From Rhynchobatus australiae (Eukaryota): a DNA stretch of 64,000 nucleotides. The stretch's first letter is position 1. Every line of letters begins with the position of its first letter. The DNA lies in assembly GCA_034780895.1 (NCBI GenBank), contig JAUZTB010000087.1, positions 85,539,506 through 85,603,505 on the forward strand, written 5' to 3'. The notes beneath the pieces were generated by a model, which was given only the letters and a program-made list of their open reading frames with translations, did not search any database and was not told the DNA's origin. Positions 38,551 through 51,399 of this stretch are shown here, in pieces. The position numbers and the translations under genes were made by a program.

Positions 38551-40110
38551 TGGACTTCTGCAATATGACTATAAGTCCAGGACAAGTGGATGGACAAATG
38601 CTAATCTGGCATACAATCAGAATTTTCACTCATTTCAGTGAGGGTTCCTGACCTAAAAATACAGTTATTCACTTTTTATTTCACTGTTTCAATGTTTTTA
38701 ATTATTTATTAGAATTTTAATGTGTTTAAATGTTATTTTGTTTTACAAATAGATATTTGTTTTAAAGAATTAGTTAAAGAAATTTCATCTTTTTCAGAAA
38801 CTTTTGTAAGCTCTTAATAGCTTAAACTTTGACAGAAGTGAGGCTCTCCCCAAACCTTGCCTTATCAGCTTCCTTCTAGTCACTTCTGAGGCTGTGTTGA
38901 CCCAGGCATTTGTACAAGTATTATAAACGCATGGAGAGAGCATGGAGGGATGCATCCTGGAGACAGGTCCAAAATCACTTAAATTGACATGAAATTTACG
39001 GGTATTTCTGAACAGATCACACTGTTCAATACCCAGAAAATATTGCACAAGGTATAAATAAGTTCTCAAAACAAGACTGAACTATAATTACTGTTTAGCA
39101 AACTCTTCTGGTGACTGAATAAAAAAAACGAACATAGGTACAGGAATACACAATTTCAAACCTCAGAACTCTTCTGCAATTTAATAACATCATGACTGAT
39201 CAATGACCACATTCCACACACCCATCATTTCCCAAGTCCTTCAGCATGTTCGGTTAATAAAACCCTATCAATTGACATGAAAAACACTATGATGGTGGAG
39301 GAACTCAGCAGGTCAAGCAGCATCCATGGAGAAAAGCAAGTGGTCAACATTTCAGGTCCTGATCCGACATGTTCACCGCCTGCTTTTCTCCACAGATGTT
39401 GCCTGGCCTGCTGAGTTCCTCCAGCATCATGGTGTTTTTCAACTAGATTCCAGCATCTGCAGTCCTTTGTCTCTCTATCAATTGGCAACTGACCAAACAT
39501 CAATCAACCTCTATAGAGATAAAGTTCCAAAACAATACTGCTGTCCATATGTTTCATAACTTCAGTCCTGAAGGGCCTTTGTAACCCAAGTCCTAAACTT
39601 CTCAGCCAGTGGAAAAATTAATATATCCTATCAGCTACCTTTAACATCTTCAAAGTTTCCAGCAAATAGCTCCTTAGCCTTCTGAGTTCGGGAGGAATAC
39701 AACCTTTGTGAAATCTTACCTCATAATTTAACCCTTCGATGTCCAGGTATCATCTGTTAAACTTACTCTCCTCCCTTATCCTCCCACCAGCCTCCACATG
39801 GACTTCTGCAACCTGGCTATCAGTCCAGAACAAGTGGAGGGACAAATGCTGATCTGGCATACAATCAGAATTTTCATTCATTTCAATGAGGGTTCCTGAT
39901 CTGAAAATTCAGTTATTCACTTTTTATATACTTAACTCCATTTCAATGTTTTTAATTATTTATTGGAATTTTAACATGTTTAATGTTATTTGGTTTTATG
40001 AATAGTTATTTGTTTTATAGAATTATTTAAAGCAACTGTTTCTTTATCAGACACTTTTGGAAACTCTTAATAGCTTAAACTTTGACAGAAGCAAGGCTCT
40101 GCCCAAGCTT
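38551..40110 (+). repeat. ~310-bp diverged direct repeat pair (38551-38858 and 39799-40110)
   Basis: TGGACTTCTGCAA...ATCTGGCATACAATCAGAATTTTCA...CTCTTAATAGCTTAAACTTTGACAGAAG is colinear in both copies. Confidence 0.92.
39278..39474. mobile_element. Fold-back Penelope-like terminus with ~13-bp TSD
   Basis: ~70-bp inverted arms (39279-39350 vs 39369-39440) plus a ~35-nt tail. CTATCAATTG(A/G)CA at 39265 and 39475. Confidence 0.85.
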
Positions 40111-40209
40111 CTACTATCTCCAACAACATTCTAAAATCAGATACATCTTCTCCTCCCCATCAGCATTTCTAAACTGTTGTTCCTTCTGCAACCAAAGGTC
40201 TTTAGTACT

Positions 40210-40385
40210 ATGGCACAGCAGATTGTACTAATGCCTCACAGCTCCAGCAACCTGACCCGGGGTGCTGTCTGAAAGATGTTTGCACGTTCTCTCTTGAACA
40301 GGAACTCTGGTTTCCTCTGACATCCCAAAAATATGCTAATTGGTAGGTTAGTTGGTTCATGTAAATTACACCTAGGAGAGTTAGG
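40210..40385 (+). mobile_element. HE1/V-type SINE fragment
   Basis: CTCTGGTTTCCTCTGACATCCCAAAAATATGCTAATTGGTAGGTTAGTTGG (V-domain-like). Confidence 0.65.
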
Positions 40386-40489
40386 TGGTACGAAAATCAG
40401 TTTACCTGCACCCTTTGTTACATTCTCACTTCTTCTGATCCACCAAGATCCCCTCACACAATCCCCTTTTGTTTTACAACCCCCTCCCC

Positions 40490-40978
40490 AATCCTCCAAG
40501 TCTCCTATTACTCAGTTTCTTTACCCTCCCCCACCTGGTTCCATCTGCCTGTCACCCACTCAGTCCCCCCTTACCTCCCTTCCTCCCACTGTTCCCATCT
40601 GCCCACCATCCCTCCCTCATTTATCACCTTCTTTTCTTATCAGATATAATAATCTGCAGTCTTTGTTGTCTCCACTAATCATCTCCCAGCCTCTGTCACT
40701 ATTTCCATCCCTCCCTCCCCCACCTGGCTCCTTCTGCTCATCAACCCCTCACCACCTAGATTTATCTATTGCTTGCCAGCCCCTGCCTCACCCCTCCCCC
40801 TCACCTCTTTATACTAGCTATCTCCCCTCTACACTCTCAGTCCTGATGCAGGGTCTTGACTCAAAACTCAAAGCATCAACTATCCCTTTGCCTCCACAGA
40901 TGCTGCCTGACCCACTGAGTTTCTCCAGCAGCTTTTTTTTTGCTCCAGATTCTGGCACCTGCAGTTTCTTGTATCTCC
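40490..40978 (+). mobile_element. Penelope-like element 3' region and terminus
   Basis: Pyrimidine-rich tract, then CAGTCCTGATGCAGGGTCTTGACTCAAAAC (decayed hammerhead core) and the terminus GATGCTGCCTGACCCACTGAGTTTCTCCAGC. Confidence 0.8.
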
Positions 40979-41512
40979 TTTAATGTGATAAGCTGCTCAA
41001 CTACAATGATTAAAAAATCTGCTGGATGCCAGGGAATCTTTTGAAATGAGATCTAACAGAAGCCAATGACAGAGAAGGATGTTAACATTACAAACATCAC
41101 TAGATCTTTTGGGGGAGCTTTCATGGCAAATGGTAAGTGCCATTGCTTCCCCACCAACCACAAATTTTAGGATACTTCAAGAATGGAAAATCAGTCAAGT
41201 TTTTGTAAATCATGATCTGAAATAGATTGTCAACTCCTGCACATTCATTATTTCTTGTGATAACTAAAACAATAAATAGGATTGGTTCTTTCTGCTTGCA
41301 AAAGGAAACCATCCATTCAATATTATTCATTAAGATATTTAAGCATTAAACCAGGTTAACAATCCTCCACACCATTCAAGAAAACCAATTCCAACCAATG
41401 CATGTGTAAGAGTAACAACCCTTTCAGATAACAATGATTTCCCACAGATGAATCCCAACTGGATCAAAAGTTTGTTTAATTTATTACCATGCAAAAATAT
41501 AACTTATCTTAC

Positions 41513-41598
41513 CCTTCTTCATTAATTCCACACATGCGAACTCTATCAGTACTCATCCAGCTGTGAAGGTTGCTGTACAAGGGGGTTGCTGACAGCAT
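41513..41598 (-). CDS. BCOR: BCOR first coding exon (exon 2, 86 coding nt): [28 protein letters not shown]
   Basis: Manual minus-strand translation from ATG at 41598 matches the recalled BCOR N-terminus (human [24 protein letters not shown]). Donor GG|GTAAG at 41512; acceptor AG at ~41639-41642 after a T-rich tract. Not in the ORF track. Confidence 0.96.
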
Positions 41599-42367
41599 GA
41601 CGTCTTTTTGATTGAAGTTTCCCTTCTCCACAACTTTACTCTTTAAAATAAAAATAAATCTTTATCAATATACAAAATACGTATACATCAAACATCCTTA
41701 TTACCAGGAACAATGGGCAAATAATATTTTAAATGTTTCTGCCAAATCTATATTTCTCTTTACAAGCATTCATTGTTCTAATCAAAGAATTTTACATTTG
41801 TATTTCTTTTAGTTCTTAATTTAGTTTTAAAAGCATTTTATTTATTATTCAGTTGAGTATCTTTGTATATTAATGATCAAGGATGCAACCATTAACAGAC
41901 CATCTGCAATGGTATATATCTTGTTCTTGTATTTTTTTAAGTCCAATAAACAATATATGTGTTGTATACATAAAATTCCAAAATTAAGATTTCATACTGA
42001 AGATCACAGTTCTCACAATACCTTAATTAACAATAGATGACAAACTGAAATTTTTTAACATATATGGCAAGTGATCAAAGCCGATCCTTTGATATATAAA
42101 GATCGGTGTTGCAGTTTGTGAAATGAATAATCGATATCACAATAAATCTCACATAAATGGGTCATGAAATTTATTTAAAAATGAATGAGTTAACATTTCT
42201 ATGAGCTATTTCAGGTGCAAAACATTCAAAACAATTATACTCATGCTCTTTGCTGCATGTGGCAAAGCTTTCATACTCTTTCTATGTAAGAATAGAAATG
42301 TCTCTTGAACCAAAATTCTACTATATGAATATATGTTCATTTCAAATATCTAATAATACAAAACATT

Positions 42368-43265
42368 ACAAACACAAGAGATTCTGCAGATGCTGGAATC
42401 TGGAGCAACAAACACAAAATGCTGGAGGAACTCAGCAGGTCAGGCAGCNNNNNNNNNNNNNNNNNNNNNNNNNNNNNNNNNNNNNNNNNNNNNNNNNNNN
42501 NNNNNNNNNNNNNNNNNNNNNNNNNNNNNNNNNNNNNNNNNNNNNNNNNNNNNNNNNNNNNNNNNNNNNNNNNNNNNNNNNNNNNNNNNNNNNNNNNNNN
42601 NNNNNNNNNNNNNNNNNNNNNNNNNNNNNNNNNNNNNNNNNNNNNNNNNNNNNNNNNNNNNNNNNNNNNNNNNNNNNNNNNNNNNNNNNNNNNNNNNNNN
42701 NNNNNNNNNNNNNAGGTGGGGAATAAATGGGCAGGTCATGAGGGCAGGGGAGGGGGAAGAGAAGGGGTGAGGGGGCCCATAGGGATGAGGGAAAACAAAG
42801 GGAGGTGGAAAAAAGGGGGAGGGGCAAGAAGGGAGGGTTTACCGGAAGTTAGAGAAGAGAAATCAATGTTGAGATCATCGGGCTGGAGACTACCAAGGCA
42901 GAATATGAGGTGTTGCTCCTCCAACCTGCTCCTGGCCTCACCGTGGCAGTAGAGGAGGCCGTGGATAGACATGTCAGTATGTGAGAGGGAAGTGCAACCA
43001 AAGGGGCTGGCCAGCGAATGATCCTGGCTTTTGCAATGGACGGAGTGAAGGTGCTCGATGAAGCAGTCACGCAACCTGCAGCAGGTCTCACCGACGTAGA
43101 GGAGACCACACTGGGAGCAGAGGTTGCAATAAATGACACCTTCAGATTCACAGGTGAGGCACCACCTCACCTGGAAGGACTATCTAAGGCTCTGAATGGT
43201 GGTCAGGGAGGAGGTGTAGGGATAGGTGTAGCACTTTGCACGGTTGCAGGGATAAGTGCCAGGAG
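42368..43265 (-). mobile_element. Penelope-like retroelement 3' part with GIY-YIG endonuclease
   Basis: ORF 42736..43170 reads TCESEGVIYCNLCSQCGLLYVGET..RLRD.F.EHL...RLEEQHLIFCLGSLQPDDLNIDFS, a PLE-type GIY-YIG (VIY...YVG, R, E, N). The terminus lies at 42368-42448, across a gap. Confidence 0.92.
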
Positions 43266-44914
43266 AACAAATACTCTAATGCACTTCAAAGAATATGAAA
43301 TAAGATATTATGGTCACAGTGCTTATTTTGTGTAAAGTATTCAGCTCACTGAAAACTTTGCTTTATTAGGTGTGCCACATTGCAGGGTGTAACACAGAAT
43401 GGAAATCTTTGTGAACAACAATTTATGGCAGGCAAGCTATATCCCTATATGAATGCACAAATTCACTGTTGCTGCAAATTGCACTAAAAGTTCCCATAAC
43501 TATCAGGGTTGAGTGATAAAAAGTTAATTACTGGCCACTGCCAGGGCTGTCACTGTTCACATTAATATGTTTTTGTGGTGAGCCTCCACATTCTAATGTG
43601 CCAAGACTGAACTTGAGATATTTCTATTACACTGGAGTCACCAATTGCCCCTCTATTTCAATGTTTAGCCATGGATATTTAACAGGACCAGCAGTTAACC
43701 ACCACAGAAACCACTTTCACCTAGTCAGCAGACTGCAACAGGAAAGCAGTTAGTCATGTACCCTGTCCACAGTAATTTCAAAATGCTCCAGCAATGTAGC
43801 TATATTCTTATTATGACTACAATCAATTGTTTCAGAAACATGCCTGATAGTAATCTGCTTAAACTTAGCATAAACTCAGGCTCAGATGTAGGTGGAACTG
43901 GATGCTAATTGGGGGCCCTGTCATATGGGCTTGTAATGCTCCCAGTTTGACCTTCAGTTCACCGTTTAGCTCTAACATCCTGCTAAAGAGAAGGAAAAGG
44001 TGTGCTCCTAATTAGAATCCAGCAGGCTGTGGTGAAATACAGATCTAGGATCCATAGTTAAAGAAAAAAATATCCTCAGTTGTGATATTACTATGAAGCA
44101 AGATACACCATAGCTGCTCACAAATAAATAAGTGACACGTCTGAAGCACCAGAGGTTACCATAATGAGTTACTGCATTCCAGAGAGACAACTTTTAATTA
44201 AGACTTTTTAATTGTACTTATGAAAAGGCAAATACACATCCCTACACTTGACACTGTGGCTTCTTTTATTTGGCAAATACAGGCATGACCACNNNNNNNN
44301 NNNNNNNNNNNNNNNNNNNNNNNNNNNNNNNNNNNNGACATCCTGCTGATATTATGAATACTCCCATTAGAAAAATTGCCATGTTTTCCAGTGGCCGAGC
44401 CAATTGAAGCACAGGCAATTTAATTCTCACTGGCCTTTGTGGACCTTCTTCAGCAGAAAAGGTAAGCATCATTAAAAGCTGCAGCCTGGAACTCAAGACC
44501 AAATGTGGTCCTGTACTTGACACACAGTGGGGCTGATTCCACAGGACTGGAGGTCCAAGACAACACTGTAGAACTATTTCAAGAAATGCTCTTGGAACTG
44601 ACGGGGAGGAGTCATTGAACTTGATAGTGAGAAAAGTTGATGAACACTGAGTTATAGTTATTTAACTAGTCCACTTCAATGATCTTTCTTGGTGCCCTAA
44701 CTGTGAGTGTTAATTAAGCTGCTTCACACTGTTGGGCTAAGCATTATCTTCATGTGTACCTCAATGATCAGCATCACTTTTTCCACAAAAATTAAAATCA
44801 ACAGAGGTTGACAGGAACCAACAGAAGGATGTTAAAACAGAATTCTCAATATGGGTACATCCTCCTCCAAGTGAGTCTTTGAACAAACATGAAGTCAGTG
44901 GTTTGCTTATTTAA

Positions 44915-45482
44915 ACACAGAACAGCACAGGAACAGGCCCTTCAGTCCATGGCGTCTGTGCTGACCATGATGCCAATCCAAACTAATCCCATCTGTCAGC
45001 ACATGGCCTATATCTCTCCATTCCCTGCCTGTTCATGTGCCTGTCTAAATGTCTCTTAAACATTGCTATTGTATCTGCTTCCACCACTTCCCTTGGCAAA
45101 ATTCCAGCGACTTATCTCTCTCTGTAAAAAAAAACTTGTCTTGTAAATTGCCTTTAAACTTTCCCTGTATTATCTTAAAACTATGCAATCTAGCATTTGA
45201 CATTTCCACCCTGGGAAAAAGACACTTACAATCTACCCTATCTATACCTCTCATAATTTTATACCCTTCTATCAGATCACCCTCTTGGCCTCTGACACTC
45301 CGGAGAAAACAATCCAAGTTTGTCCAACCTCTATGGATAATACTCACTAACCCAGGCAACATCCTGGTGAACCTCTTCTGCACCTTCTCCAAAGTCCTAA
45401 CATCCTTCCTGTAATGCGGTGACCAGAACTGCACACAATACTTTGGATGAGGCCTAACCAACGGTTTATACAGCTGCACCAG
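44915..45482 (-). mobile_element. CR1 LINE 3' end
   Basis: LVQLYKPLVRPHPKYCVQFWSPHYRKDVRTLEKVQKRFTRMLPGL plus a CR1 3' UTR. Confidence 0.92.
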
Positions 45483-46239
45483 TTTCCAAGTATAGCATAC
45501 AGACTTAAACTCTTCCCTGAATATATAGTGAAACTGGGTGCTGCTGATCACACACGTAGCAAGGCACAACTAAATTTAAATCCAGCAGGCAAAAACAAAA
45601 TCACATCAACTGGAACAGAACATCTGCAAACTGCCACACATTGCAGCTACAGCAGAAATCTGCATTTCCTTTCAAAGTAATACCCTGTCTTAAAAATTTG
45701 CACAAAGGCCATATTTCATAAAAAGAGGTATATATTTTGGAAATTGCACAGGCTATATAAAGCTTTTAAAAATACCAACTGTGAACTGTATGCCATGTAT
45801 TTTTCTGCTGAAATGGATTCAGTGGAATTGACTGCCCTATTTGTTTATAGAACTAAGTGCACGTTGATCAGCTTTGCTCCTTTCATTGAATGTGAACTCC
45901 TGTAGGCACATGACCTCTCAACTATGAACTACTGGGGATCTACATTTAACAATGTGACCATTTTATTAATCCAGATAGGTATAGAATCATCATGTAACAG
46001 CACAGGGGCCTAAACCTAACTGTATTAGAGTTTAGGTCACTACTAAATCAGTCAGGCTCCAAAGAAAGGTACCTGATTAATTTAACAGACACCCAACTCT
46101 TGCTTCAACAAGCTGTCCCAGGACCTGAGCTGCCTAATCAGCAAGATACCCCGGAGGGATTTAAAAAACAGCCCAAATGAGTGAAATCAGTTGTGCTCCT
46201 CCTGTCTCCACAAAGTAAGCTGTGGTCTCACTCTTAGAA

Positions 46240-46850
46240 GCAGAAATCGGCCACACACACCATCAAGCATGTTTCATGATTCGGAAGGATCACAGCTGTT
46301 CCTATGCCTCATGATTACTTTCCCACCCAGTGCCAATCCTTTGATATGAGTCTCTAAAACAGGTCCTGACCAATTTAGCAGTGACTTGAACTCCAGTGCA
46401 ATTAGGTACAAGCCCCTGTGCAATTACATGATAATCCTCTACTTGCTTAAAAGTCAGAAAATGTGCCCATTGATAAATATGGAACTCATATCCCTAGTGT
46501 ACAAAAATATATCAGTCTTGAATATAATCAGTGATTAAGTATCCACAGCCCTCTGGGGCTACAGAATTCCAAAGACTTAGTAAAGACATTTCCTCCCATC
46601 TCAATGCTAAAATGTTGACTCACTATCCTGAAATTATGTTGCCAAATTTTAGCCTCTCTAGTCAGAGAAAGCAGATTTTCAGTGCCTAGCGTCAATCATT
46701 TTGGAATCTCATATATGTCAGCAAAATAACTTCTAATTATTTCTAACTCCAGTAAATATAGGTCAATCTTACTCATTACCTGAAATGACTTCTCCTGCCA
46801 GAAATTGACCAAGATCATCTATGCTGCACTATCTGTAAGGCAAGTGCCTA
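46240..46850 (-). mobile_element. Old CR1 LINE 3' fragment
   Basis: CCACAGCCCTCTGGGGCTACAGAATTCCAAAGA and neighbouring sequence are reverse-complement CR1 3' motifs. Confidence 0.65.
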
Positions 46851-46859
46851 AGCAATTTG

Positions 46860-48415
46860 TGTCAAGAGGGCACCAATGGGATCAGTACTTCATCACCAGT
46901 TAGTTGAGATCTATATCAACAATCTGGCAGAGGGGACGAAATTTGCTTTTGATACAAAACTAGGTGAGATTGTGAGTAGGCACAAGGTTGTAAATAAGGG
47001 TTCAAGGAGATAAAGACAAGCTGAGTGGATGGGCAAGAAAATGATAGATGGAATGTAATATGGAAATGTATGAGGTTCTCCACTTTGGTGCACAAAACAG
47101 AAAAACAGTATTTTTTAGATGGAGAGAGATAAGGTAAGGTTGATATGCAAAGGGACCAAAGGTATATTTGCCTTGATTAGAAGAGGATTTGAGTACATGA
47201 ATACATTCATTTTGCTGTAATTATACAGGTCTCAATAACACTATACCTGGAGTATTATTACAGCTTCTGTCTCCTTAACCATGAAAGAATATATTTGCCA
47301 AAGAGGGGAAAATTCATTGGACTGGTTAGAGGGATGATCAGTTTGCCATATAAAGAGATATTGAATAGATTTGGCCTGTATTCTCTACAGCTTAGAAGAA
47401 TGAGAGCAGATCTCATTTAAACTTACAAAGCTGAATCTAAGGGGTTTGCAGGGTGGATGCAAGAATATTACTCTTGGCTGAGGGGTCCAGAACCAGAGGT
47501 TACAGTCTCAGAATGGAATCTCACACATCATCTATAAATTCGCCAATGACACCACTGTTGTTGGTAGAATCTCAGATGGTGAAGAGGAGACTTACAGGAG
47601 TGAGATAGATCAGCTGGTTGAGTGGTGTTGCAACAATAACCTCGCACTCAACATCAGCAAGACCAAGGAACTGATTGTGGACTTCAGGAAGGGGAAATCA
47701 GGAGAACACACACCAGTCCTCAGTGAGAGGTCAGCGGTGGAAAGGGTGAGCAGCTCCAAGTTCCTGGGTGTCAGGATCCTAGAGGATCTATCCTGGCCCC
47801 AACATATTGATGCAATCATGAAAAAGGCATGCCAGTGGCTCTGCTTCATTAGGAGTTTGAGGAAATTTGGTATGTCACCAAAGACTTACAAATTTCTACA
47901 GATGTACAGTGGAGAGCATCCTGACTGGTTACATCACAGCCTGGTATGGAGCCTCCAATGCACAGGATCACAAGAGGCTGCAGAAGGCTATAGATTCAGC
48001 CAGCTCCATCTCGGACACACCCTCTTCTTGTTACTACCATCAGGAAGGAGGTACAGGAGCCTGAAGATCCAAACTCAACAATTCAGAAACAGCTTCTTCC
48101 CCTCCGCCATCAGATTTCTGGACAATCCATGAACACTACCTCATCATTCCAATTTCGGATTATTTATTTATTTTTGTAATTTATAGATTTTATGTCTTTG
48201 CATTGTACTGCTGCCACAAAACAACAAATTTCACATCATATATCAGTGATAATAAATTTGATTCTGATTCTGAGAATAAGGAAGGGGGTTGAGATGTGGA
48301 GGCCCAGTCATTAAGATCAATAGATTTATGGATATTAAGGGAATCAACAGATATGGGCAGAGTAGGTTGAGCTGGCACAAAGGCTGACTAGCCTAGTCCT
48401 ACTCCTATTTCATTT
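46860..48415 (+). mobile_element. CR1 LINE 3' part interrupted by a Rex1-like insertion
   Basis: KFAFDTKLG-like RT motif at ~46940; CR1 sequence resumes at 48273 after the insertion. Confidence 0.75.
47521..48272 (+). mobile_element. Rex1/Babar-like LINE, 5'-truncated (RT C-terminus plus 3' UTR)
   Basis: IYKFANDTTVVGRIS...YRSEIDQLVEWC.NNNLALNISKTKELIVDFRK...VERVSSSKFLGV; short (GATTCT)n tail. Confidence 0.9.
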
Positions 48416-51399
48416 GCCCTTATCTTTTCCTAGGTAAAACTACAATTACACTTAGTACTCCAAGTGTGGTTACATGAAAGCCCTCCGGAATTGCAACAAG
48501 ATTTGCTTTCTCTCTCAACTGTTTCCCTCCCATACAATTCTCTGAGCCTCTGTGTGGGTTGATACTTGTAAGACTCAATAGGTGAGCTCTACAGAACTGC
48601 ATCATTGGTGTAAATAGTTCACTGTTTCTTCCAATGAAGACAGAGAATGAATTTACTTTATTAGCTTATAAGTTCTACTGGATAGTAGTCAGCTTGTATC
48701 ACATGTGTTACATCTAGATCTAAAACTGTCAAATATTTGACCTGAAAAGGTGTTGAAACAACAATCTTAATAAAATCCCATTCTAAGTTTCAGAATACGT
48801 AAAAAGATTACATTTCAAGAAATTTAGAGATCATAGCAAAATTGTGCTGTGTAAAATATTATCAGCTAGTAGTTGGCCAACATTAAGAAAGTATATTCGC
48901 ACACACCTATAACAGGAACCCTGGTGTACAAGAGGGATTTCATAAACAATGTCTTTTTATTAGATTTACTTCAAGCAGATATTATTAATTCTATATTGAT
49001 TTACATACAAATGTTATCCTGCTTCAAACTGGATGGTTAAAACTATGGACTGCTATTTGCAAGTAAAACAGCAGGCAGCAGCACTTTCCATCAAAACCAT
49101 GGAAATTGCACTACAAGTCACAACAATAAAAAAACCTAATATTAAAGACAGTGTTGACTAAGGGAATATAGTAAAGTTGATCATGAAGCAATCCAAACAA
49201 AATATGGTCTTTAACAAGAGAATGCATATACATTAACTTAACCAGTCTATAAGGCAGGATTGAGCTAGTCCCTGTAACTTCATCATCCTATGCTGAACCA
49301 TTCTGAAGAGTAGTACACCCCACATAGTTGTACAGGGTCTCCCCAAGTCACAAATTAACTGACTTACAGAAATCCAACTTTATGCAAATTTCCTCATACA
49401 TATTTAAAGTATTTTTCAAGCTAGTGATAGCAATAATCTGTTTCATGGTATTCATTAATGACTGGATACAGTATATATTCCATTAGTTTAATTATGGNNN
49501 NNNTGTTCAGGTGATTATTCAATGAATTGAAAGTTATAGTTATAGTAAGTGTAGGTACAGCGTTATAATAGATAGAAGATTTCTGACTTACAGAGAAATT
49601 GGCCTCATTTTCAGAAATGTAACCCTCATGGAACTCAGGCATGTATGTCTTGGTTTTTTTAAAAAAATATTTATTGAAAGGTATCCAGATTTCAATTATC
49701 AACTCTGTTGGAGGTACTGCATTCTACACTAAAGACTTTTGTATTAAACTTTAAGATTGTGGACTCTTGCACAGCAAACATCTGATTTTAAGGGGGCATC
49801 TAACAGAGCCAAGGCACTTCCACAAAGGGTGAAATAAACACACTCTCAAAAGGAAACTTAACTGGGGAAGTAATGTCATACATTTTCACTATGATTTGTT
49901 CAAGAATGATGCTGGCAGAAGCTTTGGAGCCGAGAATTCTTTCAGATGGAATTTAGATGACAGAATGTGGCAGACATATAGACTGGGAGAAAAGAGTTGC
50001 AAAGTAGATTGGAAGGAAGAGCAAAAATGAAAGCAAAAATGAATAATAGACAATTTAGGCATCTTCAGATCTGTGTTCACAATGAAGAACTCATTGCAAA
50101 AGTTCTGAAAACTCTGAATAGCACTTGTTTACCATGCTTGAAAGTGTAAGCAACCCAATCACTTCTTCACATCAGACTCCTGCATGTTGAACTCTACCTT
50201 TCATAATACAAACTACAAACCCAATATTATATATTAACTTAGCACTCCATGAGTGTAATATAGACTAAGTGCTGGTGTACAATGGACAATACAAATCCAG
50301 ATACCCATTTACATGGGTAATAGAAATGACAATTGAGACAGATTGAATAGCTACCTTTCTTCACTTTAACATTAGCAAAATCAAAATTATATCCAATGAC
50401 TTAAAGGGTAAATGCACCACATTGTGTGGATGCATCACAAAGAACAAAAGCTGATTTAGCACATCTCGGTTGGAATAATAACTCGCTTTTGGATCATTGA
50501 TATCTGGGGAATGAAGAAAGTTTCTCGTCTAGTCACTTTCCAGAGATAACCCTTGTTTCAAAATGTAAACACAAAAGGTTAAGTCTATTTCTCTCTTCAC
50601 AGATGCAGCTTGATGTGCTGAATATTTCCAGCATTCTCTGTTTTTGTGTCAGGTGTCCAGGATCTGCAATTTTGTTTCTCCAGTACATATCTTAAAATTA
50701 TAGCACTTTTCCACCCCTTCTTAAAATTATTTCTATTATTATTTATCTCCTTCTATTTATATCTCCTCCAGGCAGATCTTCTGGGATTAACAAGCCTTCA
50801 CCACCCTCTGTCAACCAGCACCACCAGCAGCTCTGTCATTCATTCTCTCTTCACCTTCACTCTATCACAGTCATTTCCAATGTTCTTTCTAGTCCTCCCC
50901 CACTCAGTAATTTAAGAAATGTTTTCAAATTTGCTGTTAACTAAAATATGAGTAGGAGAAAGAACAAAAGTCAGAGGGAAATTTGGAGTGAACAGGAATT
51001 AAGTTTGTTAAATGTAATGGTGAGCAAACATATATTAAACAAAAAGGAAGATTGTCAGTAAAGTACTAGATTAACACCAAATTATTAATTCTGATATTAA
51101 CATACAATTTTAGTGCAAGTGCTCCAAGTCACACCCATACCAACGATAAAGAGGCATTCTCCTCAACAGTGATGCAGTACAGCACTGTGGAAATATTATT
51201 GCTGTCACCTCTCTGACCACAAGCAGGCTGAGTAATCACCATGCTCAAGAAATGCAATGCAGTTGTTGCAGTTCTCCCAATATTAAGGAAGACCACAACA
51301 GTTTTGAGAAAAACTGCACAAGATAGCATATTTCCTTCTTTTGGTGCAGATGAACCATTTTCAATGTAAAAAAAAGAAAATATTGTAACATCTAAATTC

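Noticed and set aside
40333-40983. 216-aa Pro/Ser/Leu-rich ORF
   Set aside because: Low-complexity pyrimidine tract of a Penelope 3' region plus SINE; no domain signal.
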